Part shown: positions 9,901-18,875 of the stretch, one piece after another
How the letters are laid out: each line of letters begins with the position of its first letter
How positions within the stretch are numbered: position 1 is the stretch's first letter
From: an uncultured archaeon
GTDB lineage: Archaea > Thermoplasmatota > Penumbrarchaeia > JASLWR01
Reading direction: 5' to 3'
NCBI GenBank assembly: GCA_964342815.1
Contig: CAYFHS010000032.1
Location: forward strand, 1 to 48,024
DNA length: 48,024 bases
The notes under the pieces: model-generated
The model's input: the letters and a program-made list of their open reading frames with translations, nothing else
What the model was told of the DNA's origin: nothing
Database searches by the model: none
Made by a program: the position numbers and the translations under genes

Positions 9901-12900
9901 TGCTTGATAACGATACGGATGACGACAGCTTCTCCGATTACGAAGAAGTGATGTTCATGCATACCGATCCATTATCCCCTGACAGCGATGATGATAGTAT
10001 TTCGGACCTGGATGAGCTGACGCTGAACTTCACGTTTACATTCATGAACGATACCGACGGCGACGGTCTTCTGGATGGGGAAGAAAGATACATCTACCAT
10101 ACGGATCCCCGCTCACCCGATACTGATCTTGACGGCCTTTCTGACGGCCTTGAGGGTAACAACGGCACTGATCCTCTTAATCCGGATACCGATGGCGGCG
10201 GAGCCCTGGACGGTGTCGAGGTCAACTCGGGGAACCACGATCCACTGAACCCCGATGATGACGAGGACCTCGTGGATTCCGATGGCGATGGTCTTTCCGA
10301 TTGGGCAGAAAAGAACGTGCACGGCACCGATCCATTTAATTTCGATACGGATAATGATACTCTGGGAGATGGGGCCGAGGTGGATATCCATAATACCGAA
10401 CCTTTGATCAACGATACAGACAACGATACTCTACTGGATGGCGAGGAGGTTTTCCTTCACAATACCGATCCCCTTCTAAACGATACCGACGGTGATAACC
10501 TCACCGATGGCGGGGAGGTATATATATACGGCACGAAACCCACGCTGAATGATACGGATGCGGACGGATTGGGTGACTGGATGGAAATATTCATTTATCT
10601 AACGGATCCTCTGCTGACGGACACGGACAGGGATGGGCTGAACGACTATGACGAGCTTTTCGTACACTTTACAAAACCTCTTTTAAATGATACCGACAGC
10701 GACCTGATGATGGATGGATGGGAAGTACAATATGGACTAGATCCGCTGAACGATACCGACTCGGGCCTGGATAACGACCTCGACGGTCTGACAAATATCC
10801 AGGAGTACTATAACCTGACGAACCCTATTCTGAATGATACCGATAACGATACTCTTATGGATGGTGACGAGGTGAATGTGTACGGGACCAATCCCCTGGT
10901 TGCGGATACGGACGGTGACACCTTGACCGACTGGGAAGAGATATTCACCTTTAATACAAATGCTACTAACCCGGACACTGACGGCGACAACATGACTGAT
11001 GACTGGGAACTGCTGTACGAATTGAATCCCAATAATTTTCTCGACCGTGACCTGGATTATGATTATGATAATCTGACGAATTACGAGGAATATCAGCTTG
11101 GAACGCATCCGAAATTGAATGATACAGACGGGGATGGGCTGGAGGACGGCGAAGAGGTCCAGGTTCATTTAACCGATCCGTTACTGGCGGACACGGACGG
11201 TGATACCCTTGACGATTACGTTGAAGTAAAGGTCCATCTGACCGATCCCAAGAAAATGGATACTGACGGGGATCAGCTCAACGATAATGAAGAGATTGAA
11301 CTCTATTCCACCGATCCTCTGCTACCGGATACCGATGGTGACGGCCTTGACGATCGTGCGGAGATAATCGATCACAAGACCTCTCCTCTCCTAAATGACA
11401 CAGACTTCGATAATCTGACTGATTTCTTGGAGATCATGAATTATACCACCAATCCGCTCCTGAACGACACCGACGGAGACGGTTTGGACGATTGGTCCGA
11501 AATATTCAAATATTTCACCAAACCCAAAGAAATGGATACTGACAAGGGAGGTATGGATGACGGAGACGAGGTGGACCTCGGACGCGATCCCCTTGATCCC
11601 AGTGACGACGAGGTTGAGATACCCGATATTATAACACATCCCACGGAGATACGTTTTACTTCGACACCCACGAACCAAACGAAGATGGAGAACCGTTTCT
11701 TCGACGTTAGCGGAAGGGTGACCGATGAGAACGGAACCGGCCTTGCAGGATTCCTCGTGGAGATTTACGTTAACAAGACAATTTCGGACACGGGAACGCT
11801 TGTGGGAAATGGTTCAACCGAAGCTAACGGGATCTTTGTGATTAGCTGTGGACTGCTGAGAGGATTGAACACAGGTGAGAACGTTCTCAGGGCCAAGGCT
11901 TCCCGCAAACTTGTCGATTCGGAATTATACAATTCATCCTGGGATGAAGGGATCTCGGTACTTGGGATCTTCTCTCCCACCATTATCACCTTTACAACTC
12001 CTCCACCGTCAAGCACCGTTTTTGAGGACAAGAGAATGAACGGGACGGTTTATCTCAAGGATGTGGATAATATTCCTGTTACACAGGCTCAGGTAACCGT
12101 ATACTGGGAACAGACCCACATTGGGGATTTTGAAACTAATGACAATGGATACGCTGACTTTTCTCTCATGGTACCGCACGTAATCGGAGCTAAGAAACTC
12201 TATGCCAATTTCTTCGGAAATGAGTATCTTTTCAACTCCAGCACTAGCCGTGAGGTGCTGGTATCGGCCGACGGAGTGGAGATACTGTTGGACGAAGTGT
12301 TGGCTACCAATGGTAAAGCTGTTTTCCTTTGCGGTGACAGGGTCAATATCTCGGGTGTGGTCTACGGGGTGAACCGAACTCCTGTTGAGGGAGGTGTGGT
12401 TCAGCTTACCATGAAAGGCAAGGAAGTGGATAATATTAATATGTTCGACCGACCGGAGTCCATCACCAATGCGGAAGGAAGGTTTTACATCTCATACAAA
12501 CTGGTAAAGAGTGTATGGCCTGCTGGAAGATATGGAGTTAAGGCAGATTTCAAGGGAAGCGATTTTTATCCTTCCAGCGCTTCCCCCAGCAACGAGTCCC
12601 TTTTCTTTATCACGGGTACGTCCGATTTTTCCTTCACACTTATGCAGACTGCGAGAGATCGTACCGTTACTTTCAAGAGCAATCTGAAGGATAATACTGG
12701 AAAAGGATTGGTTGGGGAGGAAGTTGAGATATCTTACCTTGGGGGCACTATTTTCCGGAGGACGAGCTTTGACGGGGAGTTCACTTTTGAATACGAGGTT
12801 CAGGACACCCATCCGCTGGGACCCATCGATATTTTCCTCAGCTATGCAGGGAAAAACGATACCGATGGGAAGCCCAGGTACCTGCCAACCAAAGGTGTGG

Positions 12901-14018
12901 GGCAGATCATCATAGGCAGTCCTACAACATTGGAACTGGACGACGTGGCCGAAAATGTGACTAGAGGCGAGAGCCTGACCCTTACCGGGAGGCTGTTGGA
13001 CGATCTCGGGAATCTTGTGGTACGCAAGGATACGGGCGAGGCCGTATACGAGGCATGGCTCATACATATCTATATAGGGGCCGTGGAGGTTGGGAACACG
13101 TCTCTTAAGGATGGTGCTTTTAGCTACACATCCATAATACCATTAACCACAATGAAGGGTAGAAACGAATTGCGAGTTGGATTCAAGGGAACCACGAAAG
13201 GACACAGGCCCAGTGAGTCCAGTGTACCTGTTAATGTTTTTGCCAACACTCATGTCGGTATCGAATATTCGCCGGTGGGGGTGAATAAGACCATAAAAGA
13301 GGGGTCTCTGGTTGATATCGGTTTCACTCTTGTGGATGATACCCGGCTGCCGCTGCGGAACAAACCAATAGAGATAACTTTCCTAGGTGAGACCTATGAT
13401 GAGTTCACAAGCTCCTCCGGTCGTTTCAACATGACAATCAATTTTCCTGCGGGAAAGGATTCTTTCGTTGTAACGGCAAAGTATGCTGGTTCGAATATGT
13501 ATTTTTACAAACCGGCCTTAGCTCAAAAGGAGCTAACGGCAACTGCGGAGAGTGGATCCATCAATGAAGGAGTTCTGTCAGGCAATGCTGAAGGAGTTCT
13601 CCCTATACTGGTCGCCCTGATACTGATCGGGATCATACTTTATTATTGGAACCGGTGGAGAAAACGTCATATCGGTGAATTGAAGAGCCTTTTCGACGAT
13701 GCCATTAATCTTCTGGAGACCACTGACGAGATTCGTAAAGTTATTTATACGACTTACATTGACATGCTGGACATTCTGCGGAACTACGGTTTTCTGAGAA
13801 AGAAGAACCAGACCCCTAAGGAGTTCTGCAGGGCTGTATTCAAAGCCGTTCCCGCAGCCAGTGCCCCCAACGCTTATAAACTTACAGATCTTTTTGAAGA
13901 GGCCCGGTACTCCGAGCACGAGTTCAAGGGCAAGCACAAGGTAAGAGCCCTGAAGTATTTCAGAATGTTCCGCAGGGGTTTCGAGCGGGATGAGAGTATC
14001 AAGAAAGCGAAATTCTGA
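6957..14018 (+). CDS. Giant membrane-anchored transglutaminase-domain protein with ~48 TSP3-like Asp-rich repeats, Ig-like domains, a TM helix and a DUF4129-like tail
   Basis: ATG 6957 follows an AGGTGA RBS and opens a hydrophobic N-terminus. Transglutaminase core GKCTDFATAF...HAWAEV...GW. D[ST]DxDGxxDxxE repeats. C-terminal TM, then TPKEF...LTDLFEEARYS (DUF4129-like). Confidence 0.9.
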   Translation: MRGQMFSVLIGIVVILGALPYIDIFPQEPSRHHEFDKTPYDNIIPGVDSDGDGLGDDQETPDKIGTDPYNPDTDQDGIGDGVEYEYWNAKMAEVRTAIPVWAQERYSDEHPSDIIERFGPKGNLDDDNLSNILDPDSDGDGIDDGKELSIGTDPADPDSDNDGIIDGREIDEGTDPTSSEDSDFDGLPDDWEELYGVDDPNADPDHDDKTNLEEFLEGTDPTRAGNGTSTMGDRLPSVKDPFYDSNYNKKLFFIEPETDPSYWRMQTYDAYEGTYWNNSLVSREKYLGGVLDVDPLLVETTNIKNFRLMFWGSSRGYLPTAQNTNILFNVTFSTSNATNEIYRDQANNFYSPDYVVSYQFSQKEFIYSRETLMNSTVPVSAEMQSLLHVPNSTKQTLTQEFIPSIPNIQDRPYQRALNIIKYLDENFLYNISTSMDPDRDWVTQFLFETKEGKCTDFATAFVLLARCLNLPARVVVGFTPGNMENGYRIIREGHRHAWAEVLFNELGWIGFETTPYNNALTGGTGVNSDGYDPSIHTWDDSPADGHGTNKGKEKNKTRDSDKDGLTDYDENNLYHTDPLNPDSDGEGLSDGAEVLDNHTDPNNADTDNDGLNDYEELYEYGTNPLNPDSDSDGLMDGEERDYGTDPLDPDTDNDRLIDILEVRYYHTNPLSNDTDGDQILDWEELFWGSDKTITDPLRADTDGDSLNDYNEIHENRTDPLDPDSDRDRIHDGDEIDIYKTNPLNPDSDGDGVWDGYEVFFHFTNPTELDTDGDGFSDGRELWFKLDPLLDLGESLPLDTDTDGIPDYMEEILGTDYLIPDSDGDGIGDGIEVFSYFMDPLRNDTDDDGILDSVELFTTFTVPHLADSDGDGLSDRDEVYIFDTNPNFPDTDLDGLPDGAESNLNGTDPKKKDTDDGFVPDGSETWNGLDPIVRGDDRSIVDSDNDGLTDAQELVLNTDPSNKDSDGDGLIDGEEAYVYHTELLDNDTDDDSFSDYEEVMFMHTDPLSPDSDDDSISDLDELTLNFTFTFMNDTDGDGLLDGEERYIYHTDPRSPDTDLDGLSDGLEGNNGTDPLNPDTDGGGALDGVEVNSGNHDPLNPDDDEDLVDSDGDGLSDWAEKNVHGTDPFNFDTDNDTLGDGAEVDIHNTEPLINDTDNDTLLDGEEVFLHNTDPLLNDTDGDNLTDGGEVYIYGTKPTLNDTDADGLGDWMEIFIYLTDPLLTDTDRDGLNDYDELFVHFTKPLLNDTDSDLMMDGWEVQYGLDPLNDTDSGLDNDLDGLTNIQEYYNLTNPILNDTDNDTLMDGDEVNVYGTNPLVADTDGDTLTDWEEIFTFNTNATNPDTDGDNMTDDWELLYELNPNNFLDRDLDYDYDNLTNYEEYQLGTHPKLNDTDGDGLEDGEEVQVHLTDPLLADTDGDTLDDYVEVKVHLTDPKKMDTDGDQLNDNEEIELYSTDPLLPDTDGDGLDDRAEIIDHKTSPLLNDTDFDNLTDFLEIMNYTTNPLLNDTDGDGLDDWSEIFKYFTKPKEMDTDKGGMDDGDEVDLGRDPLDPSDDEVEIPDIITHPTEIRFTSTPTNQTKMENRFFDVSGRVTDENGTGLAGFLVEIYVNKTISDTGTLVGNGSTEANGIFVISCGLLRGLNTGENVLRAKASRKLVDSELYNSSWDEGISVLGIFSPTIITFTTPPPSSTVFEDKRMNGTVYLKDVDNIPVTQAQVTVYWEQTHIGDFETNDNGYADFSLMVPHVIGAKKLYANFFGNEYLFNSSTSREVLVSADGVEILLDEVLATNGKAVFLCGDRVNISGVVYGVNRTPVEGGVVQLTMKGKEVDNINMFDRPESITNAEGRFYISYKLVKSVWPAGRYGVKADFKGSDFYPSSASPSNESLFFITGTSDFSFTLMQTARDRTVTFKSNLKDNTGKGLVGEEVEISYLGGTIFRRTSFDGEFTFEYEVQDTHPLGPIDIFLSYAGKNDTDGKPRYLPTKGVGQIIIGSPTTLELDDVAENVTRGESLTLTGRLLDDLGNLVVRKDTGEAVYEAWLIHIYIGAVEVGNTSLKDGAFSYTSIIPLTTMKGRNELRVGFKGTTKGHRPSESSVPVNVFANTHVGIEYSPVGVNKTIKEGSLVDIGFTLVDDTRLPLRNKPIEITFLGETYDEFTSSSGRFNMTINFPAGKDSFVVTAKYAGSNMYFYKPALAQKELTATAESGSINEGVLSGNAEGVLPILVALILIGIILYYWNRWRKRHIGELKSLFDDAINLLETTDEIRKVIYTTYIDMLDILRNYGFLRKKNQTPKEFCRAVFKAVPAASAPNAYKLTDLFEEARYSEHEFKGKHKVRALKYFRMFRRGFERDESIKKAKF
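8634..11610 (+). repeat. Tandem coding array of ~42 DxDxDGxxDxxE...T(D/N)P repeats of ~22-29 aa
   Basis: Counted by eye in the translation, from DSDKDGLTDYDE to DTDKGGMDDGDE; boundaries approximate. Confidence 0.85.
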
Positions 14019-14042
14019 GCTGTGTTTCGGTGGGAATGGGAA

Positions 14043-15386
14043 ATGAACATAGTAATCAGGTGTTTTGGCTGCACTGCCAATTTCGGGGAAGCCGCGCAGC
14101 ATATGAAGGTACTTGTGGAATTCGGCCATATTATTGTTAATGACGTCAGTATTGCTGATATTGCGATCATCCAGACCTGCTGTGTGATCGAAAGGACCGA
14201 GCTGAACATGCTCAGGGAGATCTCCTCCCTGAGGGAAAAATCAATTTCGGTAATCGTATCCGGCTGTATGGCAAGTTCCAGGCGTGAGATTGTCGAGGAG
14301 AGGTTCCCGGAAGTAGTTTTTTGCAGTTTCGGGGAAGAATCAAAGCTGCTTGAGATTATCGGGAGTTTAGGCAAAGTTTCCATAGACCGCGATACCTCCG
14401 GACCTAAAAATTGGGCGAGTACCGGGCATGATATGGGGACTCTTCTAAATAGCAATATAGTCTCTCCCGAGGCGGATGACCTGAGCACCACTCACATACA
14501 GGTGATCAGCAATGGATGTCTGGGAAACTGCTCTTACTGCATTACCAGATTTGCGAGAGGTCCTCTTCAAAGCTATTCGGCTGAAGAGATCCGCAGGGGT
14601 ATAAGAAAAGTTCTCGAAAATGGAAAAAAGGAAATATTCCTTACAAGTCAGGATAATGCGGTTTATGGATTTGATCAGGGATTAGGGGAAAATTACTATC
14701 TGCCATCTCTCCTTAACGATATTTTGAATGACAATGAGGAATATGATTTTCGTCTTCGCGTAGGTATGATGAACCCATGGGGTCTGGCCCGGATCATCGA
14801 AGAGCTGATCCCTGTGATGAACCATGAAAAGATCTATTCTTTCGTTCATCTTCCAGTGCAAAGCGGCGACGACGAGGTACTCCGCGTCATGAGAAGAAAA
14901 TATAATAAATCTGATTTTGTGGATCTCGTCCGACGTCTGAGAGAGGGAATTCCCCAGCTTACACTATCCACCGACATTATTGTGGGATTTCCGGGCGAGA
15001 GCGGAGATCAATTCGAAAATTCAATGGAACTGATGCGCGAGATCGAGCCTGACGTAATTAACATCACCCGCTTTTCCCGGAGACCAGGAACCCAGGCTGC
15101 ACGGATGGGTGGTCAGATACCGGGTTGGAAAGCGAAGAACCGCTCGCGCAAGATGACGAAATTGCGATTCGATATTGGCTCCGCAAAACTATTAGATAAG
15201 CGCGGGGCCACCGTTAAGGCTTTATCCGTGGAGAGGGGAACCAAGAATTCCACACTGCTGCGTACTGATAACTATACCACTGTGGTGGTAAGGGAGAATC
15301 TGTCTTTGGGTATTTTTTACGATCTGGATATTATCGACTCTACGGACATTTATCTTATCGGTGCCGTTATATCTCAAAAGAAATAA
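14043..15386 (+). CDS. mtaB: tRNA t6A37 methylthiotransferase (archaeal MiaB-like/MtaB, CDKAL1 family)
   Basis: UPF0004 cysteines (GCxAN, TCxV, GC), radical SAM GCLGNCSYC, HLPVQSG, TDIIVGFPGE and a C-terminal TRAM-like region. The exact subfamily is inferred. Confidence 0.85.
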   Translation: MNIVIRCFGCTANFGEAAQHMKVLVEFGHIIVNDVSIADIAIIQTCCVIERTELNMLREISSLREKSISVIVSGCMASSRREIVEERFPEVVFCSFGEESKLLEIIGSLGKVSIDRDTSGPKNWASTGHDMGTLLNSNIVSPEADDLSTTHIQVISNGCLGNCSYCITRFARGPLQSYSAEEIRRGIRKVLENGKKEIFLTSQDNAVYGFDQGLGENYYLPSLLNDILNDNEEYDFRLRVGMMNPWGLARIIEELIPVMNHEKIYSFVHLPVQSGDDEVLRVMRRKYNKSDFVDLVRRLREGIPQLTLSTDIIVGFPGESGDQFENSMELMREIEPDVINITRFSRRPGTQAARMGGQIPGWKAKNRSRKMTKLRFDIGSAKLLDKRGATVKALSVERGTKNSTLLRTDNYTTVVVRENLSLGIFYDLDIIDSTDIYLIGAVISQKK

Positions 15387-15405
15387 AATGCAAATTTTTT
15401 TTGTA

Positions 15406-16917
15406 CTATTCCTCGTCCCCTGCAGACGGCCATTCCGGTTCCAGTCCCAATGATTCAAGATATTCTTGATATCTGAAGATGGCTGCATATATCTCCGTAT
15501 CACCGTCGCTATCCGATCCTTCTCTTGTATCGCACCAAACGCATGCAAGAGTTCCGTTAAGTGTATCCACTCCCGTGTAATCCCCTATGAAATCTCTATC
15601 GCCTTCCCGAGAGTAATCGCCATTACACTGTTCATCCGAAAGTACCTGATTGACCGGAAAGGTCGTTCCTCCATCGAACGAGACGGCCCACCAGTATTCC
15701 AATAATGTATTATTTTCATCGGACCTTCGATCATAGAACGTGACATGAACCCACCCCTCCCGGGAAACCGAGACCGCAGGGAAGAATTGATCGATACCGT
15801 TCCCTTCAGTATCATTGTTCACCCTGATGGGACCTGTCCATGAAACACCGTTGTCATGACTGTAGGCCAAGAATACGTCCGAATCCCCAAGGCTTATGTC
15901 TGCCCAGGTTACATACAGGTTTCCATCAGTATCATTACCGGTCTGGTCCACATCGAGCATTGTCATTGTGGGTGTCCTGTAATTCCCATTTTCAAGATAC
16001 CTTGGGATGGGATCAATGGGGGAAACATCAACGTGGTTTGAAAAGGAATTTCCATAGTCGGTAGATTTCGCGTATCGGATCTGGTTGGAGCCAAAATCGA
16101 TCCAAGTAACATGGATATTTCCATCATTGTCAACACTTACGGCGGAACCCTGAATGCTGATTTCGCCGCTGGTGGTCTCTGAGATCGTCCCTGCTGGCGA
16201 CCAACTTACCCCTCCGTCATGGCTTGCACTCCACATCAGTTTGGATGTTACCATACCGTAAAATATGGCCCAGACCATGTAAACATTATCCGAATTATTC
16301 GGATCGACCGCGACCCATTCCTTGTCATTGAACCTTACAAGGGACTGAAGTGCCGTCCATACGACCACCACCTGATCGAAGTTATCGCCGTTGTCAGTGG
16401 ATTTGGCGACAAAGACGCAGTTATCAAGACCCGGAACTATCCCGAAACCGATTGGATTCAACGGATTCCTGGACCGCTCAAAAGCGATTCCAGCATAATA
16501 GAATACGCCGTCATTACCAGCCACGAGCACGGGATCGCCTCCCCCGGCAAAACCGCTCAGTTGAGTTATGTCGTCATCTTCCGGGTAGCCCGGGATCAAA
16601 TTCTCGGACCAGGTTTCGCCCCCGTCATGGGTCGTATAATAACCCGGCCAGGCATCGCTCTCAGGTGTGTTATAATCATTTGAACCCGCCACCATGGTCA
16701 TTGGATCTATCGGGCTGATAGCAATCGACGGTTCGTTATTGTCTTTACCCAGGGTTGTAACAGCCACGTTCGGGGGCATATCGTAGTGAGGGAGCGATGC
16801 TTCTCCACCATCATCACCTGGCTTATCGTCAGATCTACCATAAAGAAATATTCCCAGAGCTGAGAACAATAGAACCACTACACAGAATGTCACGATCTTT
16901 TTGCTTTTAGGGCCCAT
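15406..16917 (-). CDS. Membrane-anchored BNR/Asp-box beta-propeller (sialidase-like glycoside hydrolase fold)
   Basis: N-terminal TM; five Asp-box-like motifs (THDGGETW, STDNGDNF, SHDGGVSW, STDYGNSF, SHDNGVSW) plus SFDGGTTF; GDY near the C-terminus. Confidence 0.8.
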   Translation of the reverse strand: MGPKSKKIVTFCVVVLLFSALGIFLYGRSDDKPGDDGGEASLPHYDMPPNVAVTTLGKDNNEPSIAISPIDPMTMVAGSNDYNTPESDAWPGYYTTHDGGETWSENLIPGYPEDDDITQLSGFAGGGDPVLVAGNDGVFYYAGIAFERSRNPLNPIGFGIVPGLDNCVFVAKSTDNGDNFDQVVVVWTALQSLVRFNDKEWVAVDPNNSDNVYMVWAIFYGMVTSKLMWSASHDGGVSWSPAGTISETTSGEISIQGSAVSVDNDGNIHVTWIDFGSNQIRYAKSTDYGNSFSNHVDVSPIDPIPRYLENGNYRTPTMTMLDVDQTGNDTDGNLYVTWADISLGDSDVFLAYSHDNGVSWTGPIRVNNDTEGNGIDQFFPAVSVSREGWVHVTFYDRRSDENNTLLEYWWAVSFDGGTTFPVNQVLSDEQCNGDYSREGDRDFIGDYTGVDTLNGTLACVWCDTREGSDSDGDTEIYAAIFRYQEYLESLGLEPEWPSAGDEE

Positions 16918-16954
16918 TGGAATCTCTAACGATGAAATGTTATTTATTCATTCT

Positions 16955-17450
16955 TATAAATTCAGCGGTAACAGCCCTTCGGGATCCCTCTTCGTCTTGA
17001 GACATCCGAGAAGCCCACGACTGCTTCGTGCTATCACGTAAAGTCAGGAACATTTGGACTGACTTCTTGGTAAAGTTGAGCCAGAATGGATCGGCTTTAC
17101 ACATATACTCCATGAATCGGAGATTCATCTGCACCCGACATGTAATCGTAGATTATATTAGGGGTGCGAAGCAATCACTATTGCTCGCTTCCCACTTCGT
17201 TACGTAGAGTTTCACTCTACTGAATCCTCGGAACCTATGATTCCTACGGATTTAGCAGAACTGTTCTGCGGTATCGGAGAAACACCGTTTCTCCATCACC
17301 CTCGAGAAATGTCCCTGCGGGTTGCCCTGCACCTGTATCCATACTTGGCGAAGGTGGAGCAAACCCATAGGGTTTTGAGTAATGAAACGCGTATCCTCGG
17401 TACTTACATCCTTACGGATATGCCTAGGGGTTAAGCCTACAGGCACCGAT
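16955..17450 (-). ncRNA. Candidate large structured non-coding RNA (family not recognised)
   Basis: About 13 near-contiguous hairpins in an intergenic gap with no credible ORF. GNRA loops (AUAUCC-GUAA-GGAUGU, GG-GCAA-CC) and G-U wobbles read properly only on the minus strand. Confidence 0.55.
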
Positions 17451-17463
17451 TTTGGGGAAATTT

Positions 17464-18081
17464 CTATTTTACTATTCGCCCATCCGATATTTTGACCACC
17501 GCATTTCCATGGTCCAGCAGTTCTTCGTCATGAGTGACCACAATGATGGTTTTACCCTTTTGGTTGAATATCTTGAAAATCTCCATTACCTCATCAGTGG
17601 CCTTTCGGTCAAGGTTTCCCGTGGGTTCGTCTGCCAACAGCACTTCCGGGTTGTTCACAAGCGCACGAGCAATGGCAACTCGCTGTCGCTCACCTCCTGA
17701 CAGCTGGTGCGGAAGATGTTTAATACGGTCCTCAAGACCAACTTCAGCTAACAATTGTCTGGCATACACATCGGAAATGTCTTTTTCGAACATTCGCGAT
17801 ACCAAAACATTTTCAAGTGCAGTAAGTGAGGGTATAAGATTGAAGAATTGAAATACGAATCCGATGTTCTTTTTCCTGAATACCGCTTTCTGTTTCTGAG
17901 AATAGGTGGCGATATTCTTCCCTTCGAACATCACTGCTCCTGATGTGGGGGTATCCAGACCCCCCAGAACATGTAGAAGTGTTGATTTTCCGCTGCCGGA
18001 AGGGCCGAAGAGAAATAAAAACCGATCATGGGTGATCTCAAGGTTGACATTATCCAGAGCCATTACTTCGCCTTCACCCAT
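17464..18081 (-). CDS. ABC transporter ATP-binding protein, LolD/MacB (FtsE-like) family
   Basis: Walker [32 protein letters not shown], Walker [17 protein letters not shown]. The true start may be further upstream. Confidence 0.93.
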   Translation of the reverse strand: MGEGEVMALDNVNLEITHDRFLFLFGPSGSGKSTLLHVLGGLDTPTSGAVMFEGKNIATYSQKQKAVFRKKNIGFVFQFFNLIPSLTALENVLVSRMFEKDISDVYARQLLAEVGLEDRIKHLPHQLSGGERQRVAIARALVNNPEVLLADEPTGNLDRKATDEVMEIFKIFNQKGKTIIVVTHDEELLDHGNAVVKISDGRIVK

Positions 18082-18232
18082 CTCGTAGCGTTTTGATACT
18101 TTTACGAGCCGGTAGAGTTTCTTTTTATCTTTGATAGAGCATTCCGCCTTTTTTTCTAAGCACAGGAAATATTAACAATTTATCTTTTTTTTGGTCTGCT
18201 TTTTTTATATAAAATGTAGTTTTTCAGAGAGA

Positions 18233-18862
18233 CTACTCATATCTAAGTTCATTGATTGGATCCATCCTGCTAATAATTATCACCGGCACAAGTGAAGCCA
18301 GCAGTGTAATTCCAATGCAGATGGCCAGAGTGTACAATATTGTTGAAATCTCGATGCTTGTTGGGAGGAACAATCCTAGGGCTCCCGAATTGCTTATTAA
18401 TAGTCCGTTTATCGTTGCCAGTACCAATCCTATGCATATACCCACGAGAAGGGAAAAAATGGTTATCACCATCCCTTCCATGGATATTAGCCTCATCACC
18501 CCCTTTCGGGGGATTCCCAGCGCTATCAGAGTGGCGATCTCCTTCCTTCTTCGATAGGCTGAAATTATCTGTGAGTGTGCGATTATAGCTGCTAATAGTA
18601 CGGATATCAGCCATGCCAGTACAGTCACCCAACCTTCCAGCACGTACTTGATCTCCTCTTCTTTAGCCTCATTCGTCTCCATTCGTTCTTCCATACCGCG
18701 GGATAGAGATAGAAAAACAATAAGCATGACCACGCATATTGATATCCCAAAAAGAGTCACCCGGACACGCTTGACATCTCTTTTCATTGACCTCAGTATG
18801 TAGGTAAGCGGGGACAGGGACACCCTTCCTGCCTTTTCATTTTCACTTTTCATAGTATCCAA
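18233..18862 (-). CDS. FtsX/MacB-like ABC permease with a very short extracytoplasmic loop
   Basis: Four TM segments; RRKEIATLIALG and DPINELRYE motifs typical of FtsX-like permeases. Confidence 0.85.
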   Translation of the reverse strand: MDTMKSENEKAGRVSLSPLTYILRSMKRDVKRVRVTLFGISICVVMLIVFLSLSRGMEERMETNEAKEEEIKYVLEGWVTVLAWLISVLLAAIIAHSQIISAYRRRKEIATLIALGIPRKGVMRLISMEGMVITIFSLLVGICIGLVLATINGLLISNSGALGLFLPTSIEISTILYTLAICIGITLLASLVPVIIISRMDPINELRYE

Positions 18863-18875
18863 TCCCTTGATTTTT

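Noticed and set aside
7050-11610. CRISPR or DNA-level repeat arrays
   Set aside because: The periodicity is at the protein level with free synonymous variation. There are no identical direct repeats with unique spacers and no cas genes.
6957-14018. MoxR-DUF58-transglutaminase operon
   Set aside because: No AAA+ MoxR or DUF58/vWA gene flanks the transglutaminase gene in this window.
16940-17446. Short ORFs (16940..17134, 17237..17434, 17252..17446) as real genes
   Set aside because: 64-65 codons, mutually overlapping, no motifs. The dense pairing is better explained by RNA structure.
16955-17450. Group II intron, group I intron or RNase P identity for the structured region
   Set aside because: No 34-nt D5 with bulge and GNRA cap, no group I P/Q/R/S core, no RNase P conserved regions and no RT ORF nearby. 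Left as an unassigned candidate.
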